Shown: positions 14,859-27,204, counted from the stretch's first letter. The stretch is DNA of 64,000 bases from Escherichia coli (GCF_044647545.1 NZ_CP172818.1), one strand, 5' to 3'. Translations and numbers: made by a program. The notes: generated by a model not told the origin, from the sequence alone.

Positions 14859-14893
14859 GTGAATCGAGTCACAGCAATGGAAACGGTTACAGC
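14859..14893 (-). promoter_or_regulatory. galS promoter module: CRP-like site GTGAATCGAGTCACA (14859-14873) plus Gal-operator-like TGGAAACGGTTACAGC (14878-14893)
   Basis: Same CRP-plus-operator arrangement as upstream of mglB; operator matches the gal operator consensus at about 12 of 14 positions. Confidence 0.5.
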
Positions 14894-14922
14894 CGTTTTG
14901 TTAACGAATGTGATCCAGATCG

Positions 14923-16080
14923 TTATCTTGATGTTTTAGATATTGCCGGTCCGGCAGCACGCAAAGTTAACTGACGCCAGAGCCATTCCACCGGCCCCTG
15001 GCGGAAGTAACGCAGCCAGATAACAGAGAAGAAGATATTCGCCAGCCATACCGGAATAACAAACGCCAGCAGCTCCAGACGGTCAAACTGCATAAACAAA
15101 CTGAGGTGGTAAAAAAGCGTGGTACAAATCAGCGTTTGCAATAGATAGTTGGTCAGTGCCATCCGTCCGACACAGGCGATTGCCAGCACCAGCTTAAAGC
15201 GGCTTAATTGCGGCCAGAAGCCATAAAACAGCGACGCATAGCCAATCGCCTGAAACGGCGCACTCAGTTCCCGCGGCATTTGAAGTAAGAATGCACACCA
15301 GCGATACGCCCAGTCCAGCTGCCATTGCAGGGCGATGGCAGGAAGGTTAATGGTCACCCCAATCGCCACCAGCACAAAACCAGTACGACGATAGTGACGT
15401 AAGCTGAACTGCCCTTTCAGCCAGCCGCTGCGCATCAATGCGGCACCAATGAGCATCATCCCTGCCAGTTGCCAGCCATACTGTGCGCCCAGTGCCAGTA
15501 AACTGTTCCCAACACCATCGGCACGATTACTGATCGCTTCAACGCCGCCGTGAAGCTTCCAGTATTTTTCATACAAAATAGCCGATGCATCCGGCGTCCA
15601 GGCGCGGCTGGTCTGGCTGTCGGAAATCAGCCCCAATAACAGCAAAACGCCAAGCCCCACCAGATAAAGCATGACGCCTGTATTAAACAGGCTTTTTACC
15701 GATGGCGCATCGCGCACCAGCCGCCAGCAGATTAAGCCCACCAGCCCGTAAGCCAGCAGAATATCGCCGTCCCAGAACAATAAACCGTGAATAAAGCCCA
15801 GCAAGACTAACAGCGTTAACCGCGACTGGATCCAGCGTCTGCCACGGGGCAGCAACATTTGCAGGCCAGCACCAAACAGCAGCGCAAAAAGCGTGAGGAA
15901 TTTCACCTGGCCGATGAGATCGAGAAATGCCCAGGTCCATGCATCCTGCGGCGTAATAGCGCCGTACCAGGCGGGATTGAGATAAGCCGCCTTTGGTAGC
16001 CCAAAGGCGCTGATGTTTAATAGCAGGATCCCCAGAATGGCGACGCCGCGAACAAAATCGAGCGTGACGTTGCGCTCCAT
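14923..16080 (-). CDS. yeiB: DUF418-family inner membrane protein YeiB
   Basis: 385 aa, MERNVTLDFVRGVAILGILLLNISAFGLP. Confidence 0.9.
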   Translation of the reverse strand: MERNVTLDFVRGVAILGILLLNISAFGLPKAAYLNPAWYGAITPQDAWTWAFLDLIGQVKFLTLFALLFGAGLQMLLPRGRRWIQSRLTLLVLLGFIHGLLFWDGDILLAYGLVGLICWRLVRDAPSVKSLFNTGVMLYLVGLGVLLLLGLISDSQTSRAWTPDASAILYEKYWKLHGGVEAISNRADGVGNSLLALGAQYGWQLAGMMLIGAALMRSGWLKGQFSLRHYRRTGFVLVAIGVTINLPAIALQWQLDWAYRWCAFLLQMPRELSAPFQAIGYASLFYGFWPQLSRFKLVLAIACVGRMALTNYLLQTLICTTLFYHLSLFMQFDRLELLAFVIPVWLANIFFSVIWLRYFRQGPVEWLWRQLTLRAAGPAISKTSR

Positions 16081-16096
16081 GGTTCCTGCCTTTTAA

Positions 16097-16765
16097 TCAG
16101 TTGTGATGACGCACAGCGCGCAGAAATTCGTGGCGCGTATTCTGACTGGATTTGAACAATCCACCAAGAGAAGTCGTTGTTGTGGCACTGGTTGCGTCGC
16201 GGATGCCACGCGCTTTCACGCAGTAATGCACCGCGTCGATAGAGACAGCCACGTTATTGGTGCCCAGCAGCGTTTGTAGCGCAATGAGAATTTGCTGGGT
16301 CAGACGTTCCTGCACCTGCGGACGCTGGGCAAAGAACTGCACGATGCGGTTAATTTTTGACAGACCGATCACCGAATCTTTCGGGATATAAGCCACCGTC
16401 GCTTTGCCATCGATGGTAACAAAATGGTGTTCACAGGTGCTGGTCAGGGTGATATCGCGCACGGTGACCATTTCATCGACCTTCATTTTGTTTTCAATGA
16501 GGGTGATTTTCGGGAAGTTGGCGTAATCCAGACCGGAGAAAATTTCATCGACATACATTTTAGCGATGCGATGCGGCGTTTCCATCAAACTGTCATCAGC
16601 CAGGTCGAGATTCAGCAGCTGCATGATTTCGGTCATATGACCAGCAATAAGGCTTTTGCGCGTTTCGTTATCCATTTCATGCACGGGCGGGCGCAGCGGT
16701 GTTTCCAGTCCTCGCGCAACTAACGCTTCATGAACCAGGGCCGCTTCTTTACTGAGTGATGGCAT
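16097..16765 (-). CDS. folE: GTP cyclohydrolase I
   Basis: 222 aa, [24 protein letters not shown]; 16-bp gap after yeiB suggests co-transcription. Confidence 0.96.
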
Positions 16766-16989
16766 TTATGATTTCTCCTGCAGGTGTGACGCCTCCGCCC
16801 TGCGTGGGGGCAAAGTTATTAAGCTGATTTACAGCCTGATTATTGTGCGTGAGGCGGCGCACATAATCCAGTATTCACAGCGATAATTATTGTAATTGCC
16901 GCTGCCTTTCATCAGCAGATGTTAAAACATCGTTATGCAAATACGGAAGTGAAAGTTACTCACAGCACATTGAATAAACGGTATGATGA

Positions 16990-17859
<870 letters not shown>

Positions 17860-17889
17860 AGTCTGCCCGGTTCGCCGGGCATCTTCCTG

Positions 17890-19881
17890 TCAGAAGCGAT
17901 AATCCACTGCCATAAAGTAACGACGTCCGTCTTCGTTATAGCTGTAGTCGTCACGACTGAGATCCTTGTCGCCAAGGTTCAGCACGCCTGCGCGCAGTTT
18001 GACGTCTTTAGTTACCTGCCAGGCCGCACCGGTATTCCAGATGGTATAACCGCCCGGTGTTTTAGCCGTCGCGCTGTCGGCGCGTTTCTGCCCGGTATAG
18101 TGACCAGAAACATAGAATGACCAGTCTTCCAGCGCCAGCGGTTTCCAGTCCAGCGTACCGTTAGCAGTATGGAACGGCAGATCGGATAGCGGTTTATTTT
18201 CGCCGTTGCTGACATCACGACCATCGTTGTAGGTGTAGTTGAGTGACAGTTTCCATTCATCGTTGAACGGAATTTTCAGTTCGGTTTCCACGCCCTGAAT
18301 ACGTGCTTTGTTAACGTTGTAGTAGCTAAATACCGGTATGCGCCGTCCGTTAGCGCCCGTCTCAAAACCAACAAAGTTTTGGTAGCCCGGTGCAGCGTTG
18401 ACGTCAGACGTACGGCTGATGCTGATACGATCTTTCACATCGTTACGGAAAACGGTAACGCTGGATTCAACCCCTTCCAGCCAGCCTTCTTCACCCATGT
18501 AGTAAAGCCCCAGCTCCCAACTTTCGCTGGTTTCTGGTTTCAGATCCGGGCTACCCACAATCTTACATGCGCCACGGCAGGAATTGCTCGTCCAGTCAGG
18601 GCTAAGTTGCAACAGAGAAGGTGCTTTAAATGCCGTCGCCCAGCCCCCTTTCACCGTTACGGTGTCGGTGGCGTTATAAACCAGGTAGGCACGCGGACTC
18701 CAGTGTTCACCGTAGGTTTCGTGATCGTCCATACGCACGCCGGTCGTCAGCGCCAGCGGCTCGAAGATCCGCCATTCATCTTCCACAAACAGCGCGTACT
18801 GGCTGGCAGACGTTTTGGAGCTGGTTCCCCCGGTCAGGTTCACCGCATCGCTAAGTTTGTCGTGACGCCATTCACCGCCAACCGTGAGAAACTGATTAAT
18901 CGCCGTCAGCGGCAACGTGTATTTGCCGTCGACCGTATTGCTTTCGGAAGTTATCGGGCTGCTGTAGCCAGGGTTTTTGTTCTCGACTTTCTCACCGTAG
19001 TATTTCAGTTCGCTGGTGCCGTAATCCCAACGCCCATTATGGCTGACGGAGTAGTTCTGGCGTTCCAGGCGGTTTTTGTCCAGCGAGTCGGAATCACGAT
19101 CCTGACGGTCGAAACCGTATCCGGCAGTAAAATCGTGATTTTGATTCGGTGTCCAGGCAAATTCGACATTGCCGTCGCGGCTGGAGAATCCTTCAATACG
19201 CGGCGTTTCTCCGGTATCGGTGGTCGTTGAGTTTTGCGGGTCATCCTTTTCACGTTTTGCCAGGCTGCCGTAAGCTTTCATTCCCAGCACGCCGTCAATT
19301 AATGGTCCGCTGGTAAAGAACTGACCGTTATAGGTATCACCGCGATCGCGATGTTCCTGAACGGTGGTATCGACGGTAACGGTGCCCGACCATTTCTGAC
19401 CGATTTTTTTGGTGATGATATTCACTACACCGCCGAGCGCATCGGAACCGTACAGCGACGACATCGGGCCACGGACCACTTCAATACGTTCGATGGAATC
19501 GACCGGGATCCAGTTCAGATCGAAATCATTGTGGCGGAAGACGGCATTGCGGGAGTTAACGCGTTTACCGTCGACAAGAATCAGGGTGTAGCTGCTGTCC
19601 AGACCACGAATACTTACGCCCTTACGGTTATCCCCTTCGTTCGTCAGTTGTACGCCAGGCACTTCTTTGAGGACATCCTTCAGATTCTGTACCGGTTTTC
19701 GCTGCAGGTCTTCCTGGGTAATGACGCTGATACTGGCGGGTGCATCTTTAAGGTTTTGCTCAACGGAAGATGCAGTGACAACCATCGTTTCGCCATCATC
19801 ATCGACCGCTAACACAGGCCATGCACAAGAAATAGCGGACAAACACAGCCCGACCCGTACGAAAGGGTTCAACCTAAACAT
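17890..19881 (-). CDS. cirA: TonB-dependent catecholate siderophore / colicin IA-IB receptor
   Basis: Track ORF 17890..20076 trimmed to [25 protein letters not shown] (663 aa); C-terminal terminal-Phe barrel signature VDYRF; GGAG ribosome-binding site upstream. Confidence 0.94.
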   Translation of the reverse strand: MFRLNPFVRVGLCLSAISCAWPVLAVDDDGETMVVTASSVEQNLKDAPASISVITQEDLQRKPVQNLKDVLKEVPGVQLTNEGDNRKGVSIRGLDSSYTLILVDGKRVNSRNAVFRHNDFDLNWIPVDSIERIEVVRGPMSSLYGSDALGGVVNIITKKIGQKWSGTVTVDTTVQEHRDRGDTYNGQFFTSGPLIDGVLGMKAYGSLAKREKDDPQNSTTTDTGETPRIEGFSSRDGNVEFAWTPNQNHDFTAGYGFDRQDRDSDSLDKNRLERQNYSVSHNGRWDYGTSELKYYGEKVENKNPGYSSPITSESNTVDGKYTLPLTAINQFLTVGGEWRHDKLSDAVNLTGGTSSKTSASQYALFVEDEWRIFEPLALTTGVRMDDHETYGEHWSPRAYLVYNATDTVTVKGGWATAFKAPSLLQLSPDWTSNSCRGACKIVGSPDLKPETSESWELGLYYMGEEGWLEGVESSVTVFRNDVKDRISISRTSDVNAAPGYQNFVGFETGANGRRIPVFSYYNVNKARIQGVETELKIPFNDEWKLSLNYTYNDGRDVSNGENKPLSDLPFHTANGTLDWKPLALEDWSFYVSGHYTGQKRADSATAKTPGGYTIWNTGAAWQVTKDVKLRAGVLNLGDKDLSRDDYSYNEDGRRYFMAVDYRF

Positions 19882-20049
19882 TCCATATCTCCATGAGGTA
19901 ACTACGAAAATAAAATGGGTATCGCTCACATCTTCTTTACGTCCCCTTGCGTACGGCAGCATCGCGGTGGACTTATTTGTATGCAGGTGATCATCCCAGA
20001 AAGCCGGAACAGCCTCTGATTTGTCAGCCTTTTTTGATTGCGGCGTAAC

Positions 20050-20074
20050 GATAATGCAAACGATAACAATTATC
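20050..20074 (-). promoter_or_regulatory. Fur box in the cirA promoter region
   Basis: Minus strand reads GATAATTGTTATCGTTTGCATTATC, a close match to the Fur consensus GATAATGATAATCATTATC; lies about 170 bp upstream of the cirA ATG. Confidence 0.7.
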
Positions 20075-20124
20075 AATCCAAATGTTAAATTTTATATCCG
20101 CATGATTTGTCAGGGAAATGGAAT

Positions 20125-20152
20125 TGAAAAAGCCCTCTCGGTTGAGAGGGCT
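20125..20152 (-). terminator. Rho-independent terminator of lysP
   Basis: Hairpin AGCCCTCTC-GGTT-GAGAGGGCT at 20131-20152, followed on the minus strand by a U-run (complement of 20125-20130). Confidence 0.7.
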
Positions 20153-20172
20153 TAGCAAGGAAGGGAGGAAAC

Positions 20173-21642
20173 TTATTTCTTATCGTTCTGCGGGAACTTC
20201 ATTTCGCTGTAGCGTACGAAGTGAGTTCCTTTAATCAGCTTGTATCCGAACCAAATAATCAGGAACAGCGGGATACCAATATACGTTGCCGCTACGCCGC
20301 CCCAGTCAATGGTATCTTTCAGGAACGCTTCGTAGTTCTGGCCCAAAGTGATAATCAGACACAGAATGAATGCGAAGATCGGCCCCAGTGGGAAGAAACC
20401 TGAACGGTACGGCAGATCGTTAATGTCGTGTCCCTGCAATACGTACCCGCGACGGAAACGATAGTGGCTAATGGCAATCCCCAGCCAGGCGATAAAACCG
20501 GTCATCCCGGAGGTGTTCAGCAGCCACAGGTATACCGTCTGGTTGCCAAACATGGAGGTCAGGAAGCACAGACCTGCAATCACCGTCGTCGCATACAGCG
20601 CATTACGCGGCACGCCACCACGCGACAGTTTAGCGAAAATGCGCGGCGCTTTACCGTCACACGCCAGGGTGTACAGCATACGAGTAGACGCATACATACC
20701 GGAGTTACCCGCTGACAGCACCGCCGTCAGAATAACTGCGTTCATCACCGCCGCCGCAGAGAGCAGACCCGCGTGCTGGAACACCAGGGTGAACGGACTG
20801 ACGCTGATGTCTTTAACATCGTTACGCAGCAGGCTCGGATCGGTATACGGAATAATCAGGCTGATAATCAGGATCGCGAACACATAGAACAACAGGATTC
20901 GCCAGAATACCTGACGTACCGCGCGTGGAATGTTTTTCGCCGGATCTTCGGACTCGCCTGCAGCAATACCGATCAGCTCGGTTCCCTGGAAAGAGAAGCC
21001 GACAATCATAGCTACGCCGATCATCGCCGCAAAACCACCAGCAAACGGCGCTTCGCCGATTGTCCAGTTGCTCCAGCCCGCAGGCTGCGCGCCTTTGAAG
21101 ATACCGATAATCATCAGCACGCCAACGATGATAAAGACAATAACTGTCGTGACTTTGATCAGTGAGAACCAGTATTCCGCTTCACCAAAGCCACGAACTG
21201 AGATGTAGTTCAGCAGGAAGATAACGCCGAGGAACAGCGCACTCCAGATCCAGCCCGGTGTATCCGGGAACCACCAGCTCATGACCAGCTGAGCTGCAAC
21301 CAAGTCAACGGCGATAGTCACCGCCCAGTTGTACCAGTAGTTCCAGCCCAGCGCGAAGCCAAAGCCTTCTTCAACATAGTTCTGACCGTAAGTGGCAAAC
21401 GAACCGGAAACCGGCATATATGCAGCCAGTTCACCGAGACTGGTCATCAGGAAGTAAACCATCAGGCCAATCAGCATATACGAGAGCAATGCCCCGCCCG
21501 GACCTGCCTGAGAAATCGTTGCGCCAGAGGCAACAAAAAGACCTGTACCGATGGAACCGCCAATGGCAATCATCGTCAGGTGACGCGCCTTTAATTCACG
21601 GCGTAAGCCCGGCGCTTCTGTAGTTTTAGTTTCGGAACCCAT
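20173..21642 (-). CDS. lysP: Lysine-specific permease (APC family)
   Basis: 489 aa, MGSETKTTEAPGLRRELKARHLTMIAIGG. Confidence 0.95.
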   Translation of the reverse strand: MGSETKTTEAPGLRRELKARHLTMIAIGGSIGTGLFVASGATISQAGPGGALLSYMLIGLMVYFLMTSLGELAAYMPVSGSFATYGQNYVEEGFGFALGWNYWYNWAVTIAVDLVAAQLVMSWWFPDTPGWIWSALFLGVIFLLNYISVRGFGEAEYWFSLIKVTTVIVFIIVGVLMIIGIFKGAQPAGWSNWTIGEAPFAGGFAAMIGVAMIVGFSFQGTELIGIAAGESEDPAKNIPRAVRQVFWRILLFYVFAILIISLIIPYTDPSLLRNDVKDISVSPFTLVFQHAGLLSAAAVMNAVILTAVLSAGNSGMYASTRMLYTLACDGKAPRIFAKLSRGGVPRNALYATTVIAGLCFLTSMFGNQTVYLWLLNTSGMTGFIAWLGIAISHYRFRRGYVLQGHDINDLPYRSGFFPLGPIFAFILCLIITLGQNYEAFLKDTIDWGGVAATYIGIPLFLIIWFGYKLIKGTHFVRYSEMKFPQNDKK

Positions 21643-21846
21643 ACAAAAATGCTATCCATCTTAAAAATGAGGCGCGATTGTAGCAGACGATTGGCAATCC
21701 TTCCGGCAGAAATACACGGTTATAAGACACCTTCATGATCGCCCAGGGATTATAAGTAAAGCAGCCAATCTCTTTTCTGGCGAATGCATGCTGAGGGCGC
21801 TGCGTCACGAAATCGACACAGCACCAGCATGTTCTTGTACAGCACC

Positions 21847-22728
21847 TTAACGCGGTACATTCGCGGGATCGCAATAGTCCAGGAAGCGCCGTAGCGCGTT
21901 GGAAAGGTGTTTTTGCCGATGATGTATACGCCACAACGTACGCATCAGGCGCGGAAGAGGGACCGCAACTTCACTTAATGTGCCTGCCTGCAATTGATCT
22001 TCAATCACCCGTCGCGACAGGCAACTAATACCCAACCCATGACGCACCGCATGTTTGATTGCCTCGGAGTTACCTAATTCCATCGCCATCTCAAACTTCG
22101 GTAAATGTGACAGCAACAGATAATCGACAATCTCCCGCGTGCCGGAGCCGCGTTCACGCAGGATCCACGGCGCAGCGGCCAGCTGTTCTAAGGTGACCGG
22201 ACCACGAGCCAACGGCGAAGTCGGCGCGGCGAAAACCACCAGCTCGTCTTCCAGCCACGGTTCAGAGATGATTTCAGTGCTGTGGCACGGTCCTTCAATA
22301 AAGCCAATATCAACGCGGAAATCCAGCACCGCTTGCATCACGTCCTGGCTATTCCCAACGCTAAGTTCAATCGGCAACTGCGGATAATCATGGCGATAAC
22401 GGGCGATAACTGCAGGCAGAATGTAGTTACCGATGGTACTACTGGCATAGATACGAATCGCGCCGTTGTCTTCGCGAAACAGTTGTTCGATTTCAACCGC
22501 CTGTTCAAGCAGTGCCAACGCTCGCGGATAGAGCAGCCGCCCGTGTTCATTAACTACCAGTCTTTTCCCCACGCGATCAAACAGTTGAACGCCAAGCTGC
22601 CCTTCCAGGTCGGTCAAGGCTGCGCTCACTGCTGATTGCGACAACGCCAGCATCACCGACGCCTGGGTGGTTGATCCACTTTTCAATACTTCTGCAAAAA
22701 CTTCCAACTGCCGGAGGGTGATGTGCAT
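21847..22728 (-). CDS. yeiE: LysR-family transcriptional regulator YeiE
   Basis: 293 aa, [24 protein letters not shown]; N-terminal HTH. Confidence 0.93.
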
Positions 22729-22826
22729 AGTCGCTTACCACTTATAAAGATTAATTATAAATATATAATCAATTTTATTTTTAAACCAGTTAGTCGTAAC
22801 CTTATGCCCGGTTAAAGGAGAGGGTT

Positions 22827-23876
22827 ATGACGAATATCACCTTACAGAAACAACATCGTACACTGTGGCATTTTATTCCGGGGTTAGCCCTGAGTGCAGT
22901 TATCACCGGGGTCGCCCTGTGGGGTGGTTCCATTCCCGCGGTTGCGGGTGCCGGGTTTAGTGCCCTCACCCTCGCAATCTTGTTGGGGATGGTTTTAGGC
23001 AACACCATCTATCCGCACATCTGGAAAAGCTGTGACGGTGGCGTGCTGTTTGCCAAGCAATATTTATTACGTCTGGGTATCATTCTTTATGGCTTCCGTC
23101 TGACGTTCTCGCAAATTGCCGATGTCGGTATCAGTGGGATCATCATTGACGTGTTGACGCTGTCCAGTACCTTCCTGCTGGCTTGCTTCCTGGGGCAGAA
23201 AGTGTTTGGTCTGGATAAGCACACCAGCTGGTTGATCGGTGCCGGTAGCAGTATCTGTGGTGCTGCCGCGGTACTGGCGACTGAGCCGGTAGTGAAAGCG
23301 GAAGCCAGTAAAGTAACCGTGGCTGTTGCAACCGTTGTTATCTTCGGGACCGTCGCGATTTTCCTCTACCCGGCGATATATCCGCTGATGTCTCAATGGT
23401 TTAGTCCGGAAACTTTCGGTATCTACATTGGTTCTACTGTGCACGAAGTGGCGCAGGTGGTGGCGGCAGGTCATGCCATCAGCCCGGATGCAGAAAACGC
23501 AGCAGTTATTTCCAAAATGCTGCGCGTGATGATGCTGGCTCCGTTCCTCATCCTGCTGGCGGCGCGTGTTAAACAGCTGTCTGGGGCGAACAGCGGCGAG
23601 AAAAGCAAAATCACTATTCCGTGGTTTGCCATCTTGTTCATCGTAGTTGCCATCTTTAACTCGTTCCACCTGTTACCGCAGAGCGTAGTGAATATGCTGG
23701 TAACGCTGGATACCTTCCTGCTGGCAATGGCGATGGCGGCGCTGGGTCTGACCACTCACGTCAGCGCGCTGAAAAAAGCCGGGGCGAAACCTCTGCTGAT
23801 GGCTCTGGTACTGTTTGCCTGGCTGATTGTTGGTGGTGGTGCGATTAACTATGTGATTCAAAGCGTCATCGCATAA
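22827..23876 (+). CDS. yeiH: UPF0324-family inner membrane protein YeiH
   Basis: 349 aa polytopic membrane protein, divergent from yeiE. Confidence 0.9.
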   Translation: MTNITLQKQHRTLWHFIPGLALSAVITGVALWGGSIPAVAGAGFSALTLAILLGMVLGNTIYPHIWKSCDGGVLFAKQYLLRLGIILYGFRLTFSQIADVGISGIIIDVLTLSSTFLLACFLGQKVFGLDKHTSWLIGAGSSICGAAAVLATEPVVKAEASKVTVAVATVVIFGTVAIFLYPAIYPLMSQWFSPETFGIYIGSTVHEVAQVVAAGHAISPDAENAAVISKMLRVMMLAPFLILLAARVKQLSGANSGEKSKITIPWFAILFIVVAIFNSFHLLPQSVVNMLVTLDTFLLAMAMAALGLTTHVSALKKAGAKPLLMALVLFAWLIVGGGAINYVIQSVIA

Positions 23877-23949
23877 ACCACTACATCTTGCTCCTGTTAA
23901 CCCGCTATCATTACCGTTTTCCTCCAGCGGGTTTAACAGGAGTCCTCGC

Positions 23950-24807
23950 ATGAAATACATTGGAGCGCACGTTAGTGCTGCTGGCGGTCTGGCAAATGCC
24001 GCAATTCGCGCCGCCGAAATCGACGCAACCGCGTTTGCCTTGTTCACCAAAAACCAACGTCAGTGGCGTGCCGCACCGCTCACGACGCAAACCATCGATG
24101 AATTCAAAGCCGCCTGTGAAAAATATCACTACACATCGGCGCAAATTCTTCCCCACGACAGTTATCTGATTAACCTCGGACATCCGGTCACTGAAGCTCT
24201 GGAAAAATCGCGCGATGCCTTTATAGATGAAATGCAGCGTTGCGAACAGCTGGGGCTTTCTTTGCTCAACTTCCACCCTGGCAGCCATCTGATGCAGATT
24301 TCAGAAGAGGATTGCCTTGCGCGTATTGCCGAATCCATCAACATTGCGCTGGATAAAACTCATGGTGTGACAGCGGTGATTGAAAACACCGCCGGTCAGG
24401 GCAGTAACTTAGGGTTTAAATTCGAACATCTCGCGGCGATTATCGACGGCGTGGAAGATAAATCCCGCGTCGGCGTCTGCATTGATACCTGCCATGCTTT
24501 CGCTGCCGGGTATGATTTGCGTACTTCTGCCGAATGCGAGAAAACGTTCGCGGATTTTGCCCGTATTGTCGGCTTTAAGTATCTGCGCGGGATGCACCTT
24601 AACGATGCGAAAAGCACCTTTGGCAGCCGCGTTGACCGCCATCATAGCCTCGGTGAAGGCAATATCGGTCATGATGCGTTCCGCTGGATCATGCAGGACG
24701 ACCGTTTCGACGGAATTCCGCTGATCCTTGAAACCATCAACCCGGATATCTGGGCAGAAGAGATCGCCTGGCTGAAAGCGCAACAAACTGAAAAAGCGGT
24801 AGCCTGA
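23950..24807 (+). CDS. nfo: Endonuclease IV (AP endonuclease)
   Basis: 285 aa, [39 protein letters not shown]. Confidence 0.96.
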   Translation: MKYIGAHVSAAGGLANAAIRAAEIDATAFALFTKNQRQWRAAPLTTQTIDEFKAACEKYHYTSAQILPHDSYLINLGHPVTEALEKSRDAFIDEMQRCEQLGLSLLNFHPGSHLMQISEEDCLARIAESINIALDKTHGVTAVIENTAGQGSNLGFKFEHLAAIIDGVEDKSRVGVCIDTCHAFAAGYDLRTSAECEKTFADFARIVGFKYLRGMHLNDAKSTFGSRVDRHHSLGEGNIGHDAFRWIMQDDRFDGIPLILETINPDIWAEEIAWLKAQQTEKAVA

Positions 24808-24809
24808 AG

Positions 24810-25898
24810 ATGAATAACCGGGAGAAGGAGATCCTTGCAATATTAAGGCGTAACCCGCTGATTCAGCAGAACGAAATTGCGGATATGCTGCAAATCAGCC
24901 GTTCGCGTGTTGCAGCGCATATTATGGATTTAATGCGCAAAGGACGGATTAAAGGCAAAGGTTACATTCTCACCGAGCAGGAATACTGCGTAGTGGTGGG
25001 GACAATCAATATGGATATTCGCGGGATGGCGGATATCCGTTACCCGCAAGCGGCTTCTCATCCCGGTACCATTCATTGCTCGGCAGGCGGCGTTGGACGC
25101 AATATCGCCCACAATCTGGCGCTGTTAGGCCGCGACGTTCATTTGCTTTCAGTGATTGGCGATGACTTTTATGGCGAAATGCTCCTGGAAGAAACGCGCC
25201 GCGCCGGCGTGAATGTCTCCGGCTGCGTTCGTTTACATGGTCAAAGCACATCGACGTATCTGGCAATTGCCAATCGAGACGATCAAACCGTGCTGGCGAT
25301 TAACGATACCCATCTGCTGGATCAGTTGACACCGCAACTACTGAACGGGTCGCGCGATTTACTTCGTCATGCGGGCGTGGTACTGGCAGATTGTAACCTG
25401 ACAGCCGAGGCGCTGGAATGGGTCTTTACCCTCGCTGATGAAATCCCGGTGTTTGTCGATACCGTTTCAGAATTCAAAGCGGGCAAAATCAAACACTGGC
25501 TGGCGCATATTCACACCCTGAAACCCACTTTACCGGAGCTGGAAATTTTATGGGGACAGGCGATCACCAGCGATGCTGACCGTAATGCCGCAGTGAATGC
25601 ATTACATCAGCAAGGTGTTCAGCAACTGTTTGTTTATTTGCCCGATGAGTCAGTTTATTGCAGCGAAAAGGATGGAGAACAATTTTTGCTGACCGCACCA
25701 GCGCATACGACAGTAGACAGTTTTGGTGCTGACGATGGTTTTATGGCGGGTCTGGTATATAGCTTTCTGGAGGGAAACAATTTCCGTGACAGCGCCCGTT
25801 TTGCGATGGCCTGCGCAGCAATTTCACGCGCCAGCGGCAGCTTAAACAACCCTACCCTGTCTGCCGATAACGCGCTTTCATTAGTGCCGATGGTGTAA
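24810..25898 (+). CDS. yeiI: Putative PfkB-family nucleoside/sugar kinase with N-terminal HTH domain, YeiI
   Basis: 362 aa; N-terminal about 50 residues (MNNREKEILAILRRNPLIQQNEIADMLQISRSRVAAHIMDLMRKG) look like a winged helix-turn-helix; remainder aligns by eye with PsuK in this window (GGVGRNIA, LKPN/TLKP motifs). Confidence 0.88.
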   Translation: MNNREKEILAILRRNPLIQQNEIADMLQISRSRVAAHIMDLMRKGRIKGKGYILTEQEYCVVVGTINMDIRGMADIRYPQAASHPGTIHCSAGGVGRNIAHNLALLGRDVHLLSVIGDDFYGEMLLEETRRAGVNVSGCVRLHGQSTSTYLAIANRDDQTVLAINDTHLLDQLTPQLLNGSRDLLRHAGVVLADCNLTAEALEWVFTLADEIPVFVDTVSEFKAGKIKHWLAHIHTLKPTLPELEILWGQAITSDADRNAAVNALHQQGVQQLFVYLPDESVYCSEKDGEQFLLTAPAHTTVDSFGADDGFMAGLVYSFLEGNNFRDSARFAMACAAISRASGSLNNPTLSADNALSLVPMV

Positions 25899-25905
25899 CA
25901 ATGTT

Positions 25906-25939
25906 GCCGGATTCGACGCTTGACCGCGTCTTATCCGGC
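25906..25939. repeat. REP-like palindromic element
   Basis: GCCGGATTCGACGCTTGACCGCGTCTTATCCGGC between convergent yeiI and nupX. Confidence 0.6.
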
Positions 25940-25953
25940 TCATAACTCGCGCA

Positions 25954-27204
25954 CTACGCTAAACCAATAAAGAACCCGGCAATGGTGGCACTCATCAGGT
26001 TAGAAAGTGTCGCCGCCGCCAGCGCGCGTAAACCAAGCTGGGCGATTTCCGGCGCACGGTGTGGCGCAACCGCAGAAAACGCCCCCACCACCACCCCGAT
26101 AGAACCAAAGTTAGCGAAACCGCACAACGCGAAGGAAATAATCGCCACGGTTTTAGCATCCAGAGTGCCAGCTGTTTGCAGATAAGGTGAGAAATTGAGG
26201 TAAGCGACAAATTCATTTATTGCCAGTTTCTGTCCAATCAAACTCCCGGCAAGATTCGCATCACTCCAGTCAACACCCATTACCCACGCCAGTGGGGCCA
26301 GCAGGTAACCTAAAATGGACTCCAGCGAGGCATGTTCAAAACCAAACCAGCCGCCAACGCCGCCGATAATACCGTTAATCAACGCAATTATTGCAACAAA
26401 TGCCATCACCACTGTCGCCACACCTGCGGCGATTTTCAGCCCGGTCATTGCCCCTGTCGCAGCGGCTTCAATAATGCTTTTTGGCGGTGTTTCGGTGAAA
26501 GAGAGGTTATTAAAGGAAACCTGCGAAGATTCCGTGGCCGGACTTAACAGGCGAGCAAATAAGATCCCGCCAGGGATCGCCATTAACGATGCCGCCAGCA
26601 AATATTCCACAGGTACGCCCAGTGCGGCGTAACCAATCATTGTCGAACCAGCAATCGAGGCCATGCCACTACAAATCGCTGTAAATAATTCATTGCGATT
26701 CAGCCGATCGATAAAGGGTTTGACGATTGCCGGAATTTCGTTTTGCCCGAGGAAAATGGTAGTGACCGCGACGAATGACTCGATCTTGCTGATATTTAAT
26801 GCTTTCTGGAAGATACCGCCGAGAATGCGAATTAAGATCCCCATCACACCGATGTAGTAGAGAATACTCACCAGCGCGGTGACGAAGATAATTGCCGGTA
26901 ATACTCTGAAACCAAAGATAAATCCTGCACCATCAAACAGCGTGTCCATTTTCGGCCCGACCAGCGAACCGAAGATAAATGCGCTACCCGCGTCGCTGTA
27001 CGCCATCACTTTATGGACGCCAAAAGCGACTTTTTCAGCGACCCAACGCCCTGGCGGTAACCAAAGCATAATGCCGCCAATCACGACCTGTAACACTAAC
27101 GCCGCGCCAACGGTACGCAGGCTGATCCTCTTCTTGTTTACTGACAGCAAAAATGCAATTGCCAGCAATACCACCATTCCCAGAACACTTCTCATGACAT
27201 CCAT
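25954..27204 (-). CDS. nupX: NupC-family nucleoside permease NupX
   Basis: 416 aa, MDVMRSVLGMVVLLAIAFLLSVNKK; close paralog of PsuT in this window. Confidence 0.93.
   Translation of the reverse strand: MDVMRSVLGMVVLLAIAFLLSVNKKRISLRTVGAALVLQVVIGGIMLWLPPGRWVAEKVAFGVHKVMAYSDAGSAFIFGSLVGPKMDTLFDGAGFIFGFRVLPAIIFVTALVSILYYIGVMGILIRILGGIFQKALNISKIESFVAVTTIFLGQNEIPAIVKPFIDRLNRNELFTAICSGMASIAGSTMIGYAALGVPVEYLLAASLMAIPGGILFARLLSPATESSQVSFNNLSFTETPPKSIIEAAATGAMTGLKIAAGVATVVMAFVAIIALINGIIGGVGGWFGFEHASLESILGYLLAPLAWVMGVDWSDANLAGSLIGQKLAINEFVAYLNFSPYLQTAGTLDAKTVAIISFALCGFANFGSIGVVVGAFSAVAPHRAPEIAQLGLRALAAATLSNLMSATIAGFFIGLA

Noticed and set aside
18379-19230. Antisense or alternate-frame ORFs of 60-280 aa inside cirA, yeiH (23067-23669), fruA (33781-34491), fruB, mglB, yejO and others
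   Set aside because: They are shadow ORFs on the opposite strand or in another frame of well-supported genes, with low-complexity Arg/Pro/Ala-rich translations and no independent signal.
17890-20076. Long N-terminal extensions in the ORF track (cirA at 728 aa; likewise dusC, rsuA, yeiP, yeiW, yeiL, lpxT, yejF, rplY, narP, mdtQ)
   Set aside because: The track reports maximal ORFs; internal start codons give recognisable signal peptides or N-termini and the expected protein lengths, so the extensions are not real.
21637-21642. lysP codon 2 reads GGT (Gly) where I recall Val (MVSETK...) in the K-12 protein
   Set aside because: A single-codon difference I cannot verify without the reference; probably ordinary strain polymorphism and not functionally informative on its own.
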